Source of the DNA: Girardia tigrina
Taxonomy: Eukaryota
Direction: 5' to 3'
Assembly (NCBI GenBank): GCA_001938485.1
Contig: MQRK01232893.1
Span: 1-61,654, forward strand
DNA length: 61,654 nucleotides
Shown piece after piece: positions 10,791 through 24,651 of the stretch; the first letter of the stretch is position 1; each line of letters begins with the position of its first letter. Both the position numbers and the translations under genes were made by a program. Below the pieces are notes generated by a model, which did no database searches, was not told the origin of the DNA, and saw nothing but the letters and a program-made list of their open reading frames with translations.

Positions 10791-13700
10791 CAGGCTCACA
10801 AGGTTACGACCGCAACAGTAAATAAATTGATCCCTTAAATTACATAAGTTAATAGAATAATCCTTTAAATTACCATAGTAAATAAAATTACTCTTTAAAT
10901 TACAGAAGTAAATAAATTGATCCTTTAAATTACAAAAATTAATAATATAATTCTTCAACTTACACGAATATATAAAATAAATAATTCTTGTTAAAGTGAA
11001 AGTTAAAATGATTGTTTAATTGGCGTTATGGCTCATACAAATATAACAGCAGCGCGCAGTATTGTTGAATTTTGAAATGAGAGGTTATATGAGGATGGAG
11101 GTGTCTTAATCTGTTGGGTCTGCAATAAGTGAGTAGACCACATTCGCCGTGACCCAATAAAAAATTTTGAAGGGAAGAAGCGCAAAGAAATTGCTGAATC
11201 GATAAAAAGATGCTCTACAACTTTAGAAATGGAATTCAGAGTACCAACAAATCAGACGTCAATCTCTAGATGTTTTCAGCGACATGAGTCGGCAAAGATG
11301 CATCAAGACAATATTTGCAGAGTAGTGACGAAGGTTTTTTCTGTCTGCAACATCTGACTGGAAAAACTAGACTACCCATTAATGAGAAACTTTTTAAGTG
11401 ATCATATTAATGATGGTGGTGCTGTTCCCGCTGCTAATCAACTCCGGTATACTTATTTGTCAAAACTGGCAACTGAGGAGCATGATGGGATTGTTTCCGA
11501 TTGATTTCTAGCTGTCGGTGTGGACGTGACTGCAGACCTTATGAGCTGCTCGATTGCTCATGTTATATTTTATTCATTTGAATATGAAATTGTGCATAAT
11601 GGTCCAGTTATACTAACTCCTTATTTGAAACTCGCAAAAGAAGACTTTTTAAATATTGTAGATCCCCGCTCATTATCGAACGTGGTTTTAAGGAAATTAT
11701 ATGGATACAGAGTAGAATTAAAGAATGTTAGAGTTTTCTTATCGGATAACGCCTCCTACATCTGGAAGGCGTTTCGAGATGTACTATCGGTTTCTCTCAT
11801 AAAATCTAACACTTCACTTGCATCGCTCATATTTTAAACATAATTGAGGAAGAATGGTGTAAAACGTTTGGTAATGTTGATAAGTTATTTTAACTTGTAA
11901 AGACGATTCTGATTAAGGCTGCTGATCGATGTATACAGTTTCTAGCGTTTCTTCGTCAGCAGAATATTGAGTAACCAACTCCACATCCAGAACCATGTAT
12001 AACACTTTGGGTTATCTGGTTTTGATCAGTTGACTATTACTCAAAAATGTTGAAGTATTACCTAGGATTCGTGTTACGAGCGAGGGAGAATGAATTTGAT
12101 ACTTCTTCTATTCAGCAACTTCACTTGTTGCTGTCTACAGATAAGGCATCCTGCAGTCTACTACTACCTTTAAAATAAAATGTGCTGCGAACCGATTTAT
12201 TCTCCAACTGCATCTCTATACATCAGAAGGTCAGAAACAACCTGGTTTCAAAATTTTGAGAGCTCTGAAGTTATTCTATTACCACGTTTTTATTAGCTTG
12301 CTTTCTTGTCTGTTTGTCTGTCTGGAACAAATCTTGCGATTGATTTTTCGACCACTTTCAGTCATCCAATTGAGCTGAATTTTTTTATACAGNNNNNNNN
12401 NNNNNNNNNNNNNNNNNNNNNNNNNNNNNNNNNNNNNNNNNNTGTCTTAATCTGTTGGGTCTGCAATAAGTGAGTAGACCACATTCGCCGTGACCCAATA
12501 AAAAATTTTGAAGGGAAGAAGCGCAAAGAAATTGCTGAATCGATAAAAAGATGCTCTACAAATTTAGAAATGGGATTCAGAGTACCAACAAATCAGACGT
12601 CAATCTCTAGATGCTTTCAGCGACATGAGTCGGCAAAGATGCATAAAGACAATATTTGCAGAGTAGTGACGAAGGTTTTTTCTGTCTGCAACATCTGACT
12701 GGAAAAACTAGACTACCCATTAATGAGAAACTTTTTAAGTGATCATGTTAATGATGGTGGTGCTGTTCCCGCTGCTAATCAACTCCGGTATACTTATTTG
12801 TCAAAACTGGCAACTGAGGAGCATGATGGGATTGTTTCCGATCGATTTTTAGCTGTTGGTGTGGACGTGACTGCAGACCTTATGTGCTGCTCGATTGCTC
12901 ATGTTATATTTTATTCATTTGAATATGAAATTGTGCATAATGGTCCAGTTATACTAACTCCTTATTTGAAACTCGCAAAAGAAGACTTTTAAATATTGTA
13001 GATCCCCGCTCATTATCGAACGTGGTTTTAAGGAAATTATATGGATACAGAGTAGAATTAAAGAATGTTAGAGTTTTCTTATCGGAAAACGCCTCCTACA
13101 TCTGGAAGGCGTTTCGAGATGTACTCTTGGTTTCTCTCATAAAATCTAACACTTCACTTGCATCGCTCATATTTTAAACATAATTGAGGAAGAATGGTGT
13201 AAAGCGTTTGGTAATGTTGATAAGTTATTTTAACTTGTAAAGACGATTCTGATTAAGGCTGCTAATCGATGTATACAGTTTCTAGCGTTTCTTCGTCAGC
13301 AGAATATTGAGTAACCAATTCCACCTCCAGAACCATGTATAACACTTTGGGTTATCTGGTTTTGATCAGTTGACTATTACTCAAAAATGTTGAAGTATTA
13401 CCTAGGATTCGTGTTACGAGAGAGGGAGAATGAATTTGATACTTATTCTCTTCAGCAACTTCACTTGTTGCTGTCTACAGATAAGGCCCCCTGCAGTCTG
13501 AAATTGATTTTATTGCTCGCAACTGCTTCTGTATTGCAGATTTGATGTAGAAATTCATGGGAAGAAATGTTGCTTTAGTTATTTGTACGTGTCAGTTGTT
13601 TGACTTACTTGCTTCACTTAAATAGATGCAACAAGATACTACTACATTTAAAATAAAATGTGCTGTGAACCGATCTATTCTCAAACTGCATCTCTACACA

Positions 13701-14509
13701 TCAGAAGGTCAGAAACAACCTGGTTTCAAAATTTTGAGAGCTCTGAAGTTATTCTATTTTATTGGTGTGAGTGCAAGGGAAAACACATCCACAAATGAGT
13801 GTACCAACATTCTTGGTTTAAATCACAATGAAGTAACCAAAGTATCGCCAACGTGCTTTTTTGNNNNNNNNNNNNNNNNNNNNNNNNNNNNNNNNNNNNN
13901 NNNNNNNNNNNNNAAAGCAGTAAAGAGGAAATAGCAGTTACTAATAGCAGTAATTCAGAAATCCGCCCCACGTTTTTGGTTAGGTATAAATTTCTCACAT
14001 GTCTAGAAAAAAATTATTTTCCTCTTTTTAGTGCATTAGTTTTTATAAAAAAATTTTTTATTAATAATATTATTTTTTATTGGTGTGGGTGCAAGGGAAA
14101 ACACATCCACAAATGAGTGTGCCAAAATTCTTGGTTTAAATCACAATGAAGTAACCAAAGTATCGCCAACGTGCTTTTTTGAATTCCTCTACTATCCCCA
14201 TTTGTGCGTTCTGGAAGTCAGTCGCAGATTAAAGACCCCTGTTGTATCCGCGGGCAGTTGAATTTTCGCTATATCCAGTTCACGTTATAGACGTAGAACG
14301 TTCGTTTAGTTGCCACAAGGCAATTTTAGATCCCCATCGTACAACCTTCACAGCAGATAACCTCCAAACTATCAACATGTTGTCATTGAATTATGCAGTC
14401 AAATAAACAATTTATTTTGGTTGACAATTTTCTTCTACTAATACTACTAGTGATTTATTAAATCGCACCTTTGATTTCCAATTTTTTAGTGTTTCCTTGT
14501 CAGAGCGTG
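10791..14509 (+). mobile_element. hAT-type DNA transposon with CGGBP1-like transposase, decayed; internal part represented twice across N-gaps
   Basis: EDGGVLICWVCNK*VDHIRR and NI*LEKLDYPLMRNFLSDHINDGGAVPAANQLRYTYL resemble CGGBP1. FLSDNASY is present, and DVERSFSCHKAILDPHRTTF (hAT dimerisation) lies at about 14290. Imperfect termini CAGGCTCACAAGG / CCTTGTCAGAGCGTG. About 30-bp subterminal repeats at 10818-10965. Confidence 0.8.
12443..13760 (+). repeat. Near-identical duplicate of 11103-12280, probably the alternative haplotype
   Basis: Starts exactly at a gap edge, differs by scattered SNPs, and carries 138 bp (13500-13637) missing from the first copy. Confidence 0.8.
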
Positions 14510-14949
14510 ATATATAACATATTTTATAATTTTAGATCATGAATACAGTTAATATTGCAAAGAAACTGTTAAACTGTTTTAAAGAAAATTAAATTTATCG
14601 ACAGATAAGGCGACCCAATTCTAGATGGTACAATAATTCAAGCATCTACCCTATTTTCAAGTATATTGAAGTCTGTTTTTCATTTGAAAACATGAATTCC
14701 TCATACTTTAAGTACAGTGGAAAACTGGCACCGAAGATTACAATTTATAATTGAACAGATGTATGTTGAAGTTTTCACTGTTATTAAAACTATCTTCAAC
14801 AAACAGTAGAAAAATGAAAATTTAATATTCTAAGATGTGGTGAATCTGTTTTTCAATACAAGAAAAAATTTAATTAATAGAAAAATGAGAATAATTTCAG
14901 TAGTAAATAATAACGGGAACGAGTCATTATTTAAGAAGAATGTATGTGG

Positions 14950-16900
14950 AAGGTTTTAAAATGAGGCGGACAACCCCTCATTGACAAACTGAACCTCGAT
15001 TTTGAGATGATTTGGAACGGGGATGATCATCAGTTCCCAAAGGTTTGGAGGAGTGCAAAAGTGGTAACACTCTTCAAGGGAAAGGGTGCAAGGTCTGATC
15101 CGAATAATTATAGAGGAATCTTTCTCTTGGAAGTAACCGACAAAGTTTTAGCACGAATAATTGTAAATAAAATGACGCCGATGATGGAAGAAAGGTTAGA
15201 CCCTTGGCAGTTTAGTTTTCTACCGAAAAGAGGTACTATGCAAGTAATAAGTATACTCACGCTGATACAGGAAGAAGGTCGATATAATAACCAGAAGTTA
15301 TTTGTGATATTCATCGATTTGGAAAAGGGATTTGATAGTGTCCCTCGTGAAGTTCTGTGGGCCTGCCTGAAAAGATTCGACTTGACTGACAAGATTCTCT
15401 ACCTGATCAAGGAATTCTATGAGAGCTTTATTGCCTCTGTGGGGGATTGTGAGTTTTTCATGGAAAGATGTGTCAGACAGGGATGTGTTGAGACCTTGTC
15501 TTTTTAACTTGGTCTTCGATGAAGTTATCAAAACGGCGATACTGAAAAGATTCGGGAAGGAATTACCCTGATCGACGAGCATGGCGATGAATTTCAAGAC
15601 ATAGACTTGCTTATGCGGATAATCTAAGTATCATCGACTATGATATTGATCTTGCCTGTAAACAACTGGATATACTTAGAAGCACATTTTCAGAATTCGG
15701 GTTGACTATTAATGTATCTAAGACAAAAGTTATGTGCCTAACTGATGACTCGGCGACTGGAATATCGCAAGTCATGTGTGGTGATAAAGTCGTAGAATGG
15801 TTGAGCGAGTTCTGTTACCTCGGCAGTATATTGATCACATGTCTTTGCTGTAGTCGGGATATCGGTCAGCGGTTGCGTGTGGAATGAGTAAGTTACGAGA
15901 GTTGCAGCCTGCGATTTAAAGTAACCGAGTTCCTATAGCGCTGAAAAGAAGACTAATCGAATCAAGCATTTTTCAGGCAGTGTATTATGGGAGTGAGTGC
16001 TGGGTAACACCTGAAAAAGAGGTAGCCCAGCTAGAAGCTTTTCATAATACCTGCACATGAACTGCTCTTGGTAAAACTAAACTTGACAGAATACGTAATA
16101 CGGATATGTCAATTGGTTTGTGAAACGGCGTATTGTATTCTTTGAGAAGAATAGACGAAAATGTATACGTGAGGTAAAAAGAGTATTAAACTTGGAAAGG
16201 GCCTCAGGAAATAGAAAAGTCAGCTGCCGTAAAAAGCAGTTGATAAAAGAGCGTATCGCCCGCAATATGCTCTGGTTATTCGGCGGCCAAGAAGATCTGT
16301 TCGAATTCCAGGAATGCTTGGATGAGAGATGAATCCTCGACACTGAAGAGAAATTCAAACACCTAATCAAAGGAACTGTGTCAGAAAAGCTTTTGTGGAA
16401 CAGAAGGAACTAAGAAAACCCATCAAAAACGTGCATACGGTCATGACGCCGGAGCGTCAGATTGGTGACAAACCTTTCCAATGTCCCATGGAAAATTGTC
16501 ACAAGACATGAAACGGATGGATGGTTAAAGAGACATTTATTGATCGATCACCGAACCCAAGGCAGTATTAGTGGTACTAGTGCTTCACAAAGTAACGCAG
16601 GTAATAGATGTACAAAATCTTAGAACCAGGTCGTGATGCATGATGTCAGGCCCCTCGACGGTACCGCGGAGACGGACCCAGGAGTGATTCCAAGGGTGGT
16701 TCTCGACTTTCGGTTAAGTAATACAAATGATATGCGGATATTTCGGTGTCCCTTTACTCATTGTACGAAACGTGTTTACACAGCCAAAGCTCTACAGAAT
16801 CACGGTACGAGGAATCATTACTGGTCCTTTCTGACTGGGAAACCAAAGAGTGCCTGTGCAGTGCAAGCTCGCATTCTTGCATCTAAAGGCGTGTGAGAAA
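14950..16900 (+). mobile_element. Non-LTR retrotransposon (RTE-like LINE), 5'-truncated and decayed, with C-terminal C2H2 fingers
   Basis: RT motifs LFKGKG..NNYRGIFLL, FIDLEKGFDSV, VRQGC, LAYADNL, INVSKTKVM and YYGSECW. Later DKPFQCPMENCHK..HLLIDH and CPFTHCTK..LQNHGTRNH. Confidence 0.88.
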
Positions 16901-18179
16901 GTCAGTAGGCTCTGTATTGTCTATTTTTGGTTTCTACCCGATACAGAATCTATGAATCTACAGAATCCCTTTACATAATGCTGGTACTGTAGTCTCTACA
17001 ATACTCAGTTATCCGATAAGATGGGGGAGGCATAATTATTTACGAAGAATAACACATAATTTATCTCTTTAAATAAAAGTTAATACACTGCAATATTTAT
17101 CAAAAATATTAATCATTAATTATATTTTACAAATTAAGTAACCAATAAAAACTATCAATTGGTTTTTATATAAAAATTAAAAGCAATGTTTCAAAAGTTT
17201 AATATAGTTAATTACAAAATAATTAATTTCGGCTTCATAGAAAATATGCGTTCTAAAATATTTCATAATTTCCGGAGTATTTCTGTTTTATAAAAACCTA
17301 ATTACATTCATAAAAAATGCCTTATATTATTTAGCTCATTTTGCCAGAAAATATTTTTTTCATGGAATTAAGATTGAGTTTCGAAAAAATTAAATGTACT
17401 CTAATAACAACTCAAAATACAAATTTGAATAATCATACATTTTCCTGTTCCACACAAAACGGTTGTAATCAACGCTATAATAAATAACCATCAAAGGGTT
17501 AAAATGAATAATAATCATAAAACCGATTTGGCATTAATTTGTAAAAGATCAATAATTTATTTTTCCATATAACTGAATTTAGTATTTAAGACGCGTGTAA
17601 TGAATTCGTAATTTCATTATGACATTTTGATAAATCGATCAAAAATCTGATAATAAAAATACAACATTCAGATGAATGGCGAAAATATATTTCAAATTAC
17701 AATAGATTAAAACTTTTTCGTGAAATCTATTCACGTTGTTCAATTTTTAGTTTCTTTTTATCAATATTTGATAATACAAATTAACCACTGACTTTGTCAA
17801 TTAATGGTGACCTTTGTTTACCATTCACAGTCGACGAAATAGACCGACTGGTTTATATATACATACACATAAAAAAATTGTAATATCTATCGAAATAAAG
17901 CGAATTAGTATATCTTAAAAATAACATCATCTTATCTTAAATATAAAATCCATAAATAAATATTTCATACCAAATTCTCTAATAACACTTTCCCCATACA
18001 CACCAAAACAATTTTTTTATTAATTTTCATTGTAGTATCATCGAGATAGCATGAATTTGTCATACTAATTTCTGCCGATTTCATTGGTCAGAATGAGGTT
18101 ACAACAAAACATTCTGATTCGTTGATTGAACAAAATATAAATCTTCAATTTGTTGTACTTGCTTTATTTAGTCGATAAT

Positions 18180-18296
18180 ATGAATTCAAGATTTTCCTCA
18201 AATCCTGATAAATATGGAATGTACGATTCCGAAAGGGAAAAGGATTCATGTGGAGTCGGTTTTGTGGTGAGCATTAACGGCAATCGGTCTCATAAA
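18180..18296 (+). CDS. GLT1: Glutamate synthase (GOGAT), coding exon 1
   Basis: MNSRFSSNPDKYGMYDSEREKDSCGVGFVVSINGNRSHK has the propeptide plus catalytic N-terminal Cys motif (E.DS/CGVGF). Donor GTCAGT at 18297. Confidence 0.95.
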
Positions 18297-18380
18297 GTCA
18301 GTGAATTTCTTTTTTTCAAATTTGAATTTATTTCCTGTTTAATTTAAATTTAATTTTTACATTTTAAATTCAATTTTAAG

Positions 18381-18511
18381 ATTATCGAAGAAGCGCAATT
18401 TATGTTGGTTAGTATGGAGCATCGTGGGGCTTGTAGTTGCGATAATGACACCGGTGACGGTGCCGGAGTTATGACGGGAATCCCTTACGAACTTTATCAG
18501 ACTTTTGCAAT
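18381..18511 (+). CDS. GLT1: Glutamate synthase, exon 2
   Basis: IIEEAQFMLVSMEHRGACSCDNDTGDGAGVMTGIPYELYQTFA contains the MEHRGA and TGDGAG motifs. AG acceptor at 18379-80, phase-2 donor GTAATT. Confidence 0.95.
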
Positions 18512-19460
18512 GTAATTTTTTTATAAATTATTGTTTTATAAAAATGGAAAAAATGAGCAAATTTTACGATAACACAAAAACCACTCCATGGCAAGCGTAA
18601 ACAGTAAAATATCCATAAAATGACGACTTTTTATGTATATTTAATATTAATTAATTGATTTATATATTTATGACAATTGACATTTTATTAATTAAAAAAT
18701 TATATTTGAACTTTAAAATTGTATTATATTGTTATATAATTAATTAATATTGTTTAATAATTATTATATATTTAATGTTAATTATTTAATTTGTATATTT
18801 ATGAAAATTGACATTTTAATAAATATTTTAATTGATATTACAATTTAATTAATATTTTTATTAATTTTAAGTTAAATTAATTATTAATAATTTAAATAAA
18901 ATTAATTAAATTTAATTAAATTATTATGGTAATTTAATTAATATTTTTATTAAAATTATTATATAATTTTTATATATTTAATAATAATTATTTGATTTGT
19001 ATATTTATAACAATTGACATTTTATTAATTAACAAAATATTTGAACTTTCAAATTGTTTTATGCCGTTATTTATTTTTAATTTTAAAAGTGATTTTCAAT
19101 TACAATGTTTTTAATTACAATAACAAATTTTTATTTTTATAATATCAGAATTTATTGGTATTAATTTCGACAGACTATTCGTCATCTGAGGACAACTAAC
19201 AATAATTTATTTACATTTTCGATATTCTTCTATATTGTCATTTATCAAGAAAATTTTTGTTCTCCAAATCTTAATTTTTTTTACATGATTTATCATTATC
19301 ATAAAAAAAAATTTTTCAAAAATATTTTTTCTTCAAAAAATAATGTTTTAATAAGTAATATTTACTGTACAACGGTTGAGTAAGTTCTATTTATCTCTCC
19401 AAGGTGTGGTGTTGTGTAGCAACATACATTGACAAAATGCTGCATGTAAAAAGTCTGAAG

Positions 19461-20734
19461 CAGGATGTTCCGTTTCAATTGAAACTAAATTTATCATTAA
19501 TTTAAAAATAATGTTTCCTTTTACATTTCGCAGGAATTGAAACTATTTTTTTCATACTTCACGAGTAGTTAATGAATATATTAAGCACATAATAAACAGT
19601 GCTATCTACTCGATCTAAGATCTCTCAGCTGCGATTACAGTGCATGGAAGTGATTGCATGCTCGGATCATGGCTGCTCAAAGCGAATCGACGATGGTTTG
19701 TATATGTTAATTGCGTTGTCGTTCGATGAAGCCACAGAAATAATAGTCCAACGGATTGAAATCAGGGCTACTGGGCTTCCACAATTTTTTTGGGCCAGAA
19801 CACATACAGTTCTTCTTGGCACCACTTCTGCACCATTCGGCTGTTGTGTGCCGGTGCGACATTCTGCAAAAAGACATGGGCAGCCAGTAGTGGTCTTGAA
19901 CATCCACGGCTTTACAACGTTGCACAAGTCATAAAGTTAAATCCTTGAATTTGCCCTCCGTCCCTTGACGAAAAAGATCAGTGCCGCCTTATCACCACCG
20001 CTGGAAACGAAGGAGAGAACATGAACGGACGTTGGATGCGTGGTCGTGCAGACAATGGTGATGCCTTCTGAATCGATGGCCAAATATTGATCGTTCTATC
20101 AGTTGATCTTGGCATCGACGGTGGAAACATAAATTAACAAAAATATCGCTGAAAATTCGGAGATGGCCAGGCATCTCGTGCTTCATATATGACAGCAGCA
20201 GGATGCACTGTGCTAGTTGTCGCTTATTAGTGATAAATATTAGCAGTTGAAGATCTTCAAACCGTATGAGTGGTAGTGCAGATCGTCATGAATGGTGCTG
20301 TGGATGCTCTAGACGCCAATCTGCACTCGTGTTGCAAGATCCTGCATCGACACTGGCAGATCGTCGTCGATTATCTGCTGAAACTGCTCCAGGTTGATTG
20401 CGCTTCCAACACTCTGACCGATCGTGTGACTTCTTACTGAACGTCTATGAGTCCTCTTTTTTATCATCATCAACCGGAAACTGCTCTACGATCCTGTACT
20501 CGATCGCTTTTTGCAGCTTGGTGAAGTTGATTATTTCAGTCGGTGTACGCCCGACGCGAAGGCATACCAAAACGGTAGCGCAACGCTCTCATTCTCAGGT
20601 GACATATCCGAAAGTTCAGTGAAAATGATTCTAGGGTGTAAGATAAAGTCTACCTAAAATGTTACTTCGTTTGCTCAAAAAATCTGGCTTTTACACAAAT
20701 TCAAAATTTGTCTCACTTTAAACGGATCATCCTT
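19461..20734 (-). mobile_element. maT/DD37D-type Tc1/mariner transposon, decayed
   Basis: Imperfect TIRs CAGGATGTTCCGTTTCAATTGAAAC / CTCACTTTAAACGGATCATCCT. Motif WKPSSPDFNPLDYY. N-terminal CLRVGRTPTEII. Confidence 0.85.
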
Positions 20735-21949
20735 TAAATAAATTTTTTTTCTATTATTTTTTTTTAAAATTTGTCTTAATAATTTTTAAATACTTACAAA
20801 GTATAATAATAATTACTTAATAATTATTTTCCAATAGTTATAAGAAATTAAAAAAAACATTTGAAAGTCTTAAAATAATTTTTTTATAATACTGGAGAAC
20901 AAATCTTCACTTTGTGTCGGCTACAGAAAGAAAACATTTTTATTAAATTTACTACTTTTGATCTGAAAACGCAATGGGATTTGTTCTAGACCCTGGGGAC
21001 CTGGATTTATTTCAATATACTGGTAATTTTTAATAATGTATTTGCTATATATTTTTAAGCTTTCTGTGTGAGTCTTTTTTTACTCTTTTTTTACTTTTAC
21101 TCTAATGTTTGTTTGTCTTATTTTAGAAAGACAAAATAATTATTTTCAAAAGGATAAAGGTAAAACGTGGTTGCTTGAATCATTTAGACAAATTTTGTTT
21201 CATCTTTGTTGACTTTACACCTTGTGATCAGTATACATATTTTTCTCACATTTTATTTTGATGTGACAAGTTTCAGATCAAGACATTTTATTAAAAGGAT
21301 GACAGAATGTGTTCAAAAATATTTTTCGAAACATTTAAATATCAAATCTAAACTATTCATGAAATAAATATTATAAAATAAATATGGTTTTAAGTCATTT
21401 ATCTATTTTTTGTCCTTATGTATATAATTTATCATTTTTATTAAAGAACAACCTCAAGTCAAACGAAACATGAATTCTTATGTTTTAAAAATATTATCTA
21501 AAAATAGTAAATTCAAACTTTTTAAAATGAATAAAATAGAGAAACTTTAATGTAATAGTTAGTTATATCAACTATTTAAGTAATCCCTAGCACAATTAAT
21601 ACTTTTTTATTATTATCAACAAAATCCAAACAAAATTTTTCTTCATTTACTAATTTAATACTTATTTCGCTGATTTTATTTTTTTTGATTATTTTTTATT
21701 TTAAAACTCAAAGATTTTTTATTTACAACTCAAAATTAAACATAATATTTAATGCTATTTTAATTAAAAGCCCTTGATATAAAACACTATTTTAATCTGT
21801 TTTAATTTATTCTTATTTATTCTAAAATAATATTTATTGTTAAACTATTTAAAATATTAATTATCAAATCATTTAAAACATAAAAACATATAAATTGTTT
21901 AAATATTTTAATTTCAAATAATTCAAATCATTTAAAATATTAAATATTA

Positions 21950-22549
21950 ACGGATAACATCAAATAGTAGGTGGACATGAAATAGTAGGTGTATCGTTTT
22001 TAAATGATGTGTATGGTGAACGTTTTGTAAAAAAGTATTTGTCGGAATCCCAAAAAGAAACTGANNNNNNNNNNNNNNNNNNNNNNNNNNNNNNNNNNNN
22101 NNNNNNNNNNNNNNNNNNNNNNNNNNNNNNNNNNNNNNNNNNNNNNNNNNNNNNNNNNNNNNNNNNNNNNNNNNNNNNNNNNNNNNNNNNNNNNNNNNNN
22201 NNNNNNNNNNNNNNNNNNNNNNNNNNNNNNNNNNNNNNNNNNNNNNNNNNNNNNNNNNNNNNNNNNNNNNNNNNNNNNNNNNNNNNNNNNNNNNNNNNNN
22301 NNNNNNNNNNNNNNNNNNNNNNNNNNNNNNNNNNNNNNNNNNNNNNNNNNNNNNNNNNNNNNNNNNNNNNNNNNNNNNNNNNNNNNNNNNNNNNNNNNNN
22401 NNNNNNNNNNNNNNNNNNNNNNNNNNNNNNNNNNNCAAGTTCAAAACAAAAGCACCAAATAGTAGGTGTAAACCAATATTGGGCGGCTTTTCAATTTTTT
22501 TCCACCTACTATTAAAATAGTAGGTGTCCTACTATTTCATGTTATCCGT
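21950..22549. mobile_element. Non-autonomous TIR element spanning an N-gap
   Basis: TIR ACGGATAACATCAAATAGTAGG / CCTACTATTTCATGTTATCCGT with TA flanks. Repeated subterminal AAATAGTAGGTG motif. Gap at 22065-22435. Confidence 0.75.
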
Positions 22550-24651
22550 TATTTCAATGCTTAAAAATTATTACTTTTAAAAATTATTATATATTTAAAT
22601 ATTATATTTTAGAAATTTTAAACATAATTTGCCATTATTATTTAATTTTTTGAATTTTAGAAATTATTAATTATTTAAAATCGATATCAAAAACTTTTAT
22701 ACCAAATTATAATTCTCAAATTCGTATTTAAAAAAATTACTTCATATTTTAAAATTATTTGAATTTCGACCAACAAAATAAAATTAATTAACTCATAATC
22801 ATAATTAATTAAATGAAAAGTTTCCAAATAAAAAATATCTATTATCTATTTATAATTTTTAAAATTTATTAATTATATTTTTTCGATAAAACCAGTTAAA
22901 AATATTTACTATTTACGAAATTATTGATTTTTATTTTAAATGGCGAATTCAATGGATATAATCAAATAAATATTATGATATGATAATTCTTTAACAATCT
23001 TGATTTAATTAATTGAAAAAAATGCCTACTGTTATTTGTTTCTAAAAAGGAAAAAATATTATACGAATGGGAAGACAATGCAGACTTCCGTGTTTGTTAG
23101 AGACTGAAATGATTTTTATAATAGAATTACTGGAGAAATATGGAGTCGAATGTAAAAACAAATAACTATAAAATAAATTTAATTTTTGATTTGTATTTAT
23201 GTTTAATTAATTTATAAATTTGCCTAAATTGTCTAAATAAATCACAAAATTTAATTTATATGTGTTGGTCTTTAGATAAAATACATTGGATACAATTATA
23301 TAATTGTCGACTGAAAACTATCGACAATAAACGATCATTACTGACTAATTTCAACTACTTTAAAAAAATTGACATGTTTTTCTGAGAATGTTTGACTTTA
23401 CCATCTTGTTCTATCAACACTGAATATAAAGAAAAGTGTAAATTTTTTTTTCTACATTTAAAAACCAAATTACTGCAACCAAGCAATCATTCCATTAGGA
23501 ACTTTGAAACATCACATTTTTTCTATTTAAAAGATGATTTTTTTTGATCTTGCATAATCAAAAATAGAAGAATTTTCATCTTTCCTAGCGGTTCTGGTAG
23601 ACTTATTTATTACCTTTGAGTATTTTATTTTCATGGATAATATTTTTAATAATTTAATTATCATAAGTTTTACAGTATATATAAATAAATTTCTGTTTAC
23701 GCCTTTTCCAAATGAAACGATATAACTAATATGTATAAAATTATTTCATAAACGTTTTAAACAAAGCCACAGGGTCCTCTTTCTTGTTTGAACCTTTAAG
23801 AAGCAATTTCAAGGGAAAACTTTCAGTCAAACGACTTTTTAAGGGTCATTGTGAAGTCTTTCTTTGATGAGTTCCTTCGGTATTCTTTAAACAAGTTTTT
23901 CTGAGTTTGAGGCTCGTTGACCGAAATATATGGAGAGATATAAGAGTTATGCACCGTATAGATGACAAGATTAAAATTTGAATACTAAAAGTATTAAGAA
24001 ATTATTTTATAAAAAATAAAAATTTGTAAGTAAAAATTCGCAGTCTCCTAATTCAGATTTGAATGTAATTTGAACTTTTAAACAGAACGTAGTCCGATCG
24101 GTGATCACTAAATGTTATATATACACGATTATCATAAACATATTTGACAGCCGTTGCTCAACCATAGTTCAATCTGTGATTAACAAATGCTATTTATAAA
24201 AATAGGATAACGATTTAAGTTAAAATCAAAAATCCAATTATAAGTGGAATAATTTTTCTTAAAAAAACTAAATATATATTTGAACATTTAAACTTTACTT
24301 TTAAAAAACTAAAATTCAGATAAAATTGAAGATAAAATCCTTGATTTATTTTCTCTGAGACATTTCATTTAATAAAATTTTTAAAAAACATTTTATGCAA
24401 TGTGATTTTTATAATTTATTTTTTAATGATTCTAAACTCATCTAACTTAAAGAATGTAATCGGTCACATGATATAACTCCCCTTGGACTACTCGGACAAT
24501 TCTTCCTAAAGATATTACTTGCCAAAGACGGATATCGCTTTTGTGTTCACAAGATATTTTATGTGTTCTAATACTAAACCTGTCCAAATTAATAAAAGAA
24601 AATTTATCAAACATTTATTAGAATAAATAATTATTTTATTATTTTATTATA

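Noticed and set aside
21947-22515. Long ORFs at 21947-22515 and 34458-35090
   Set aside because: Artefacts of N-runs.
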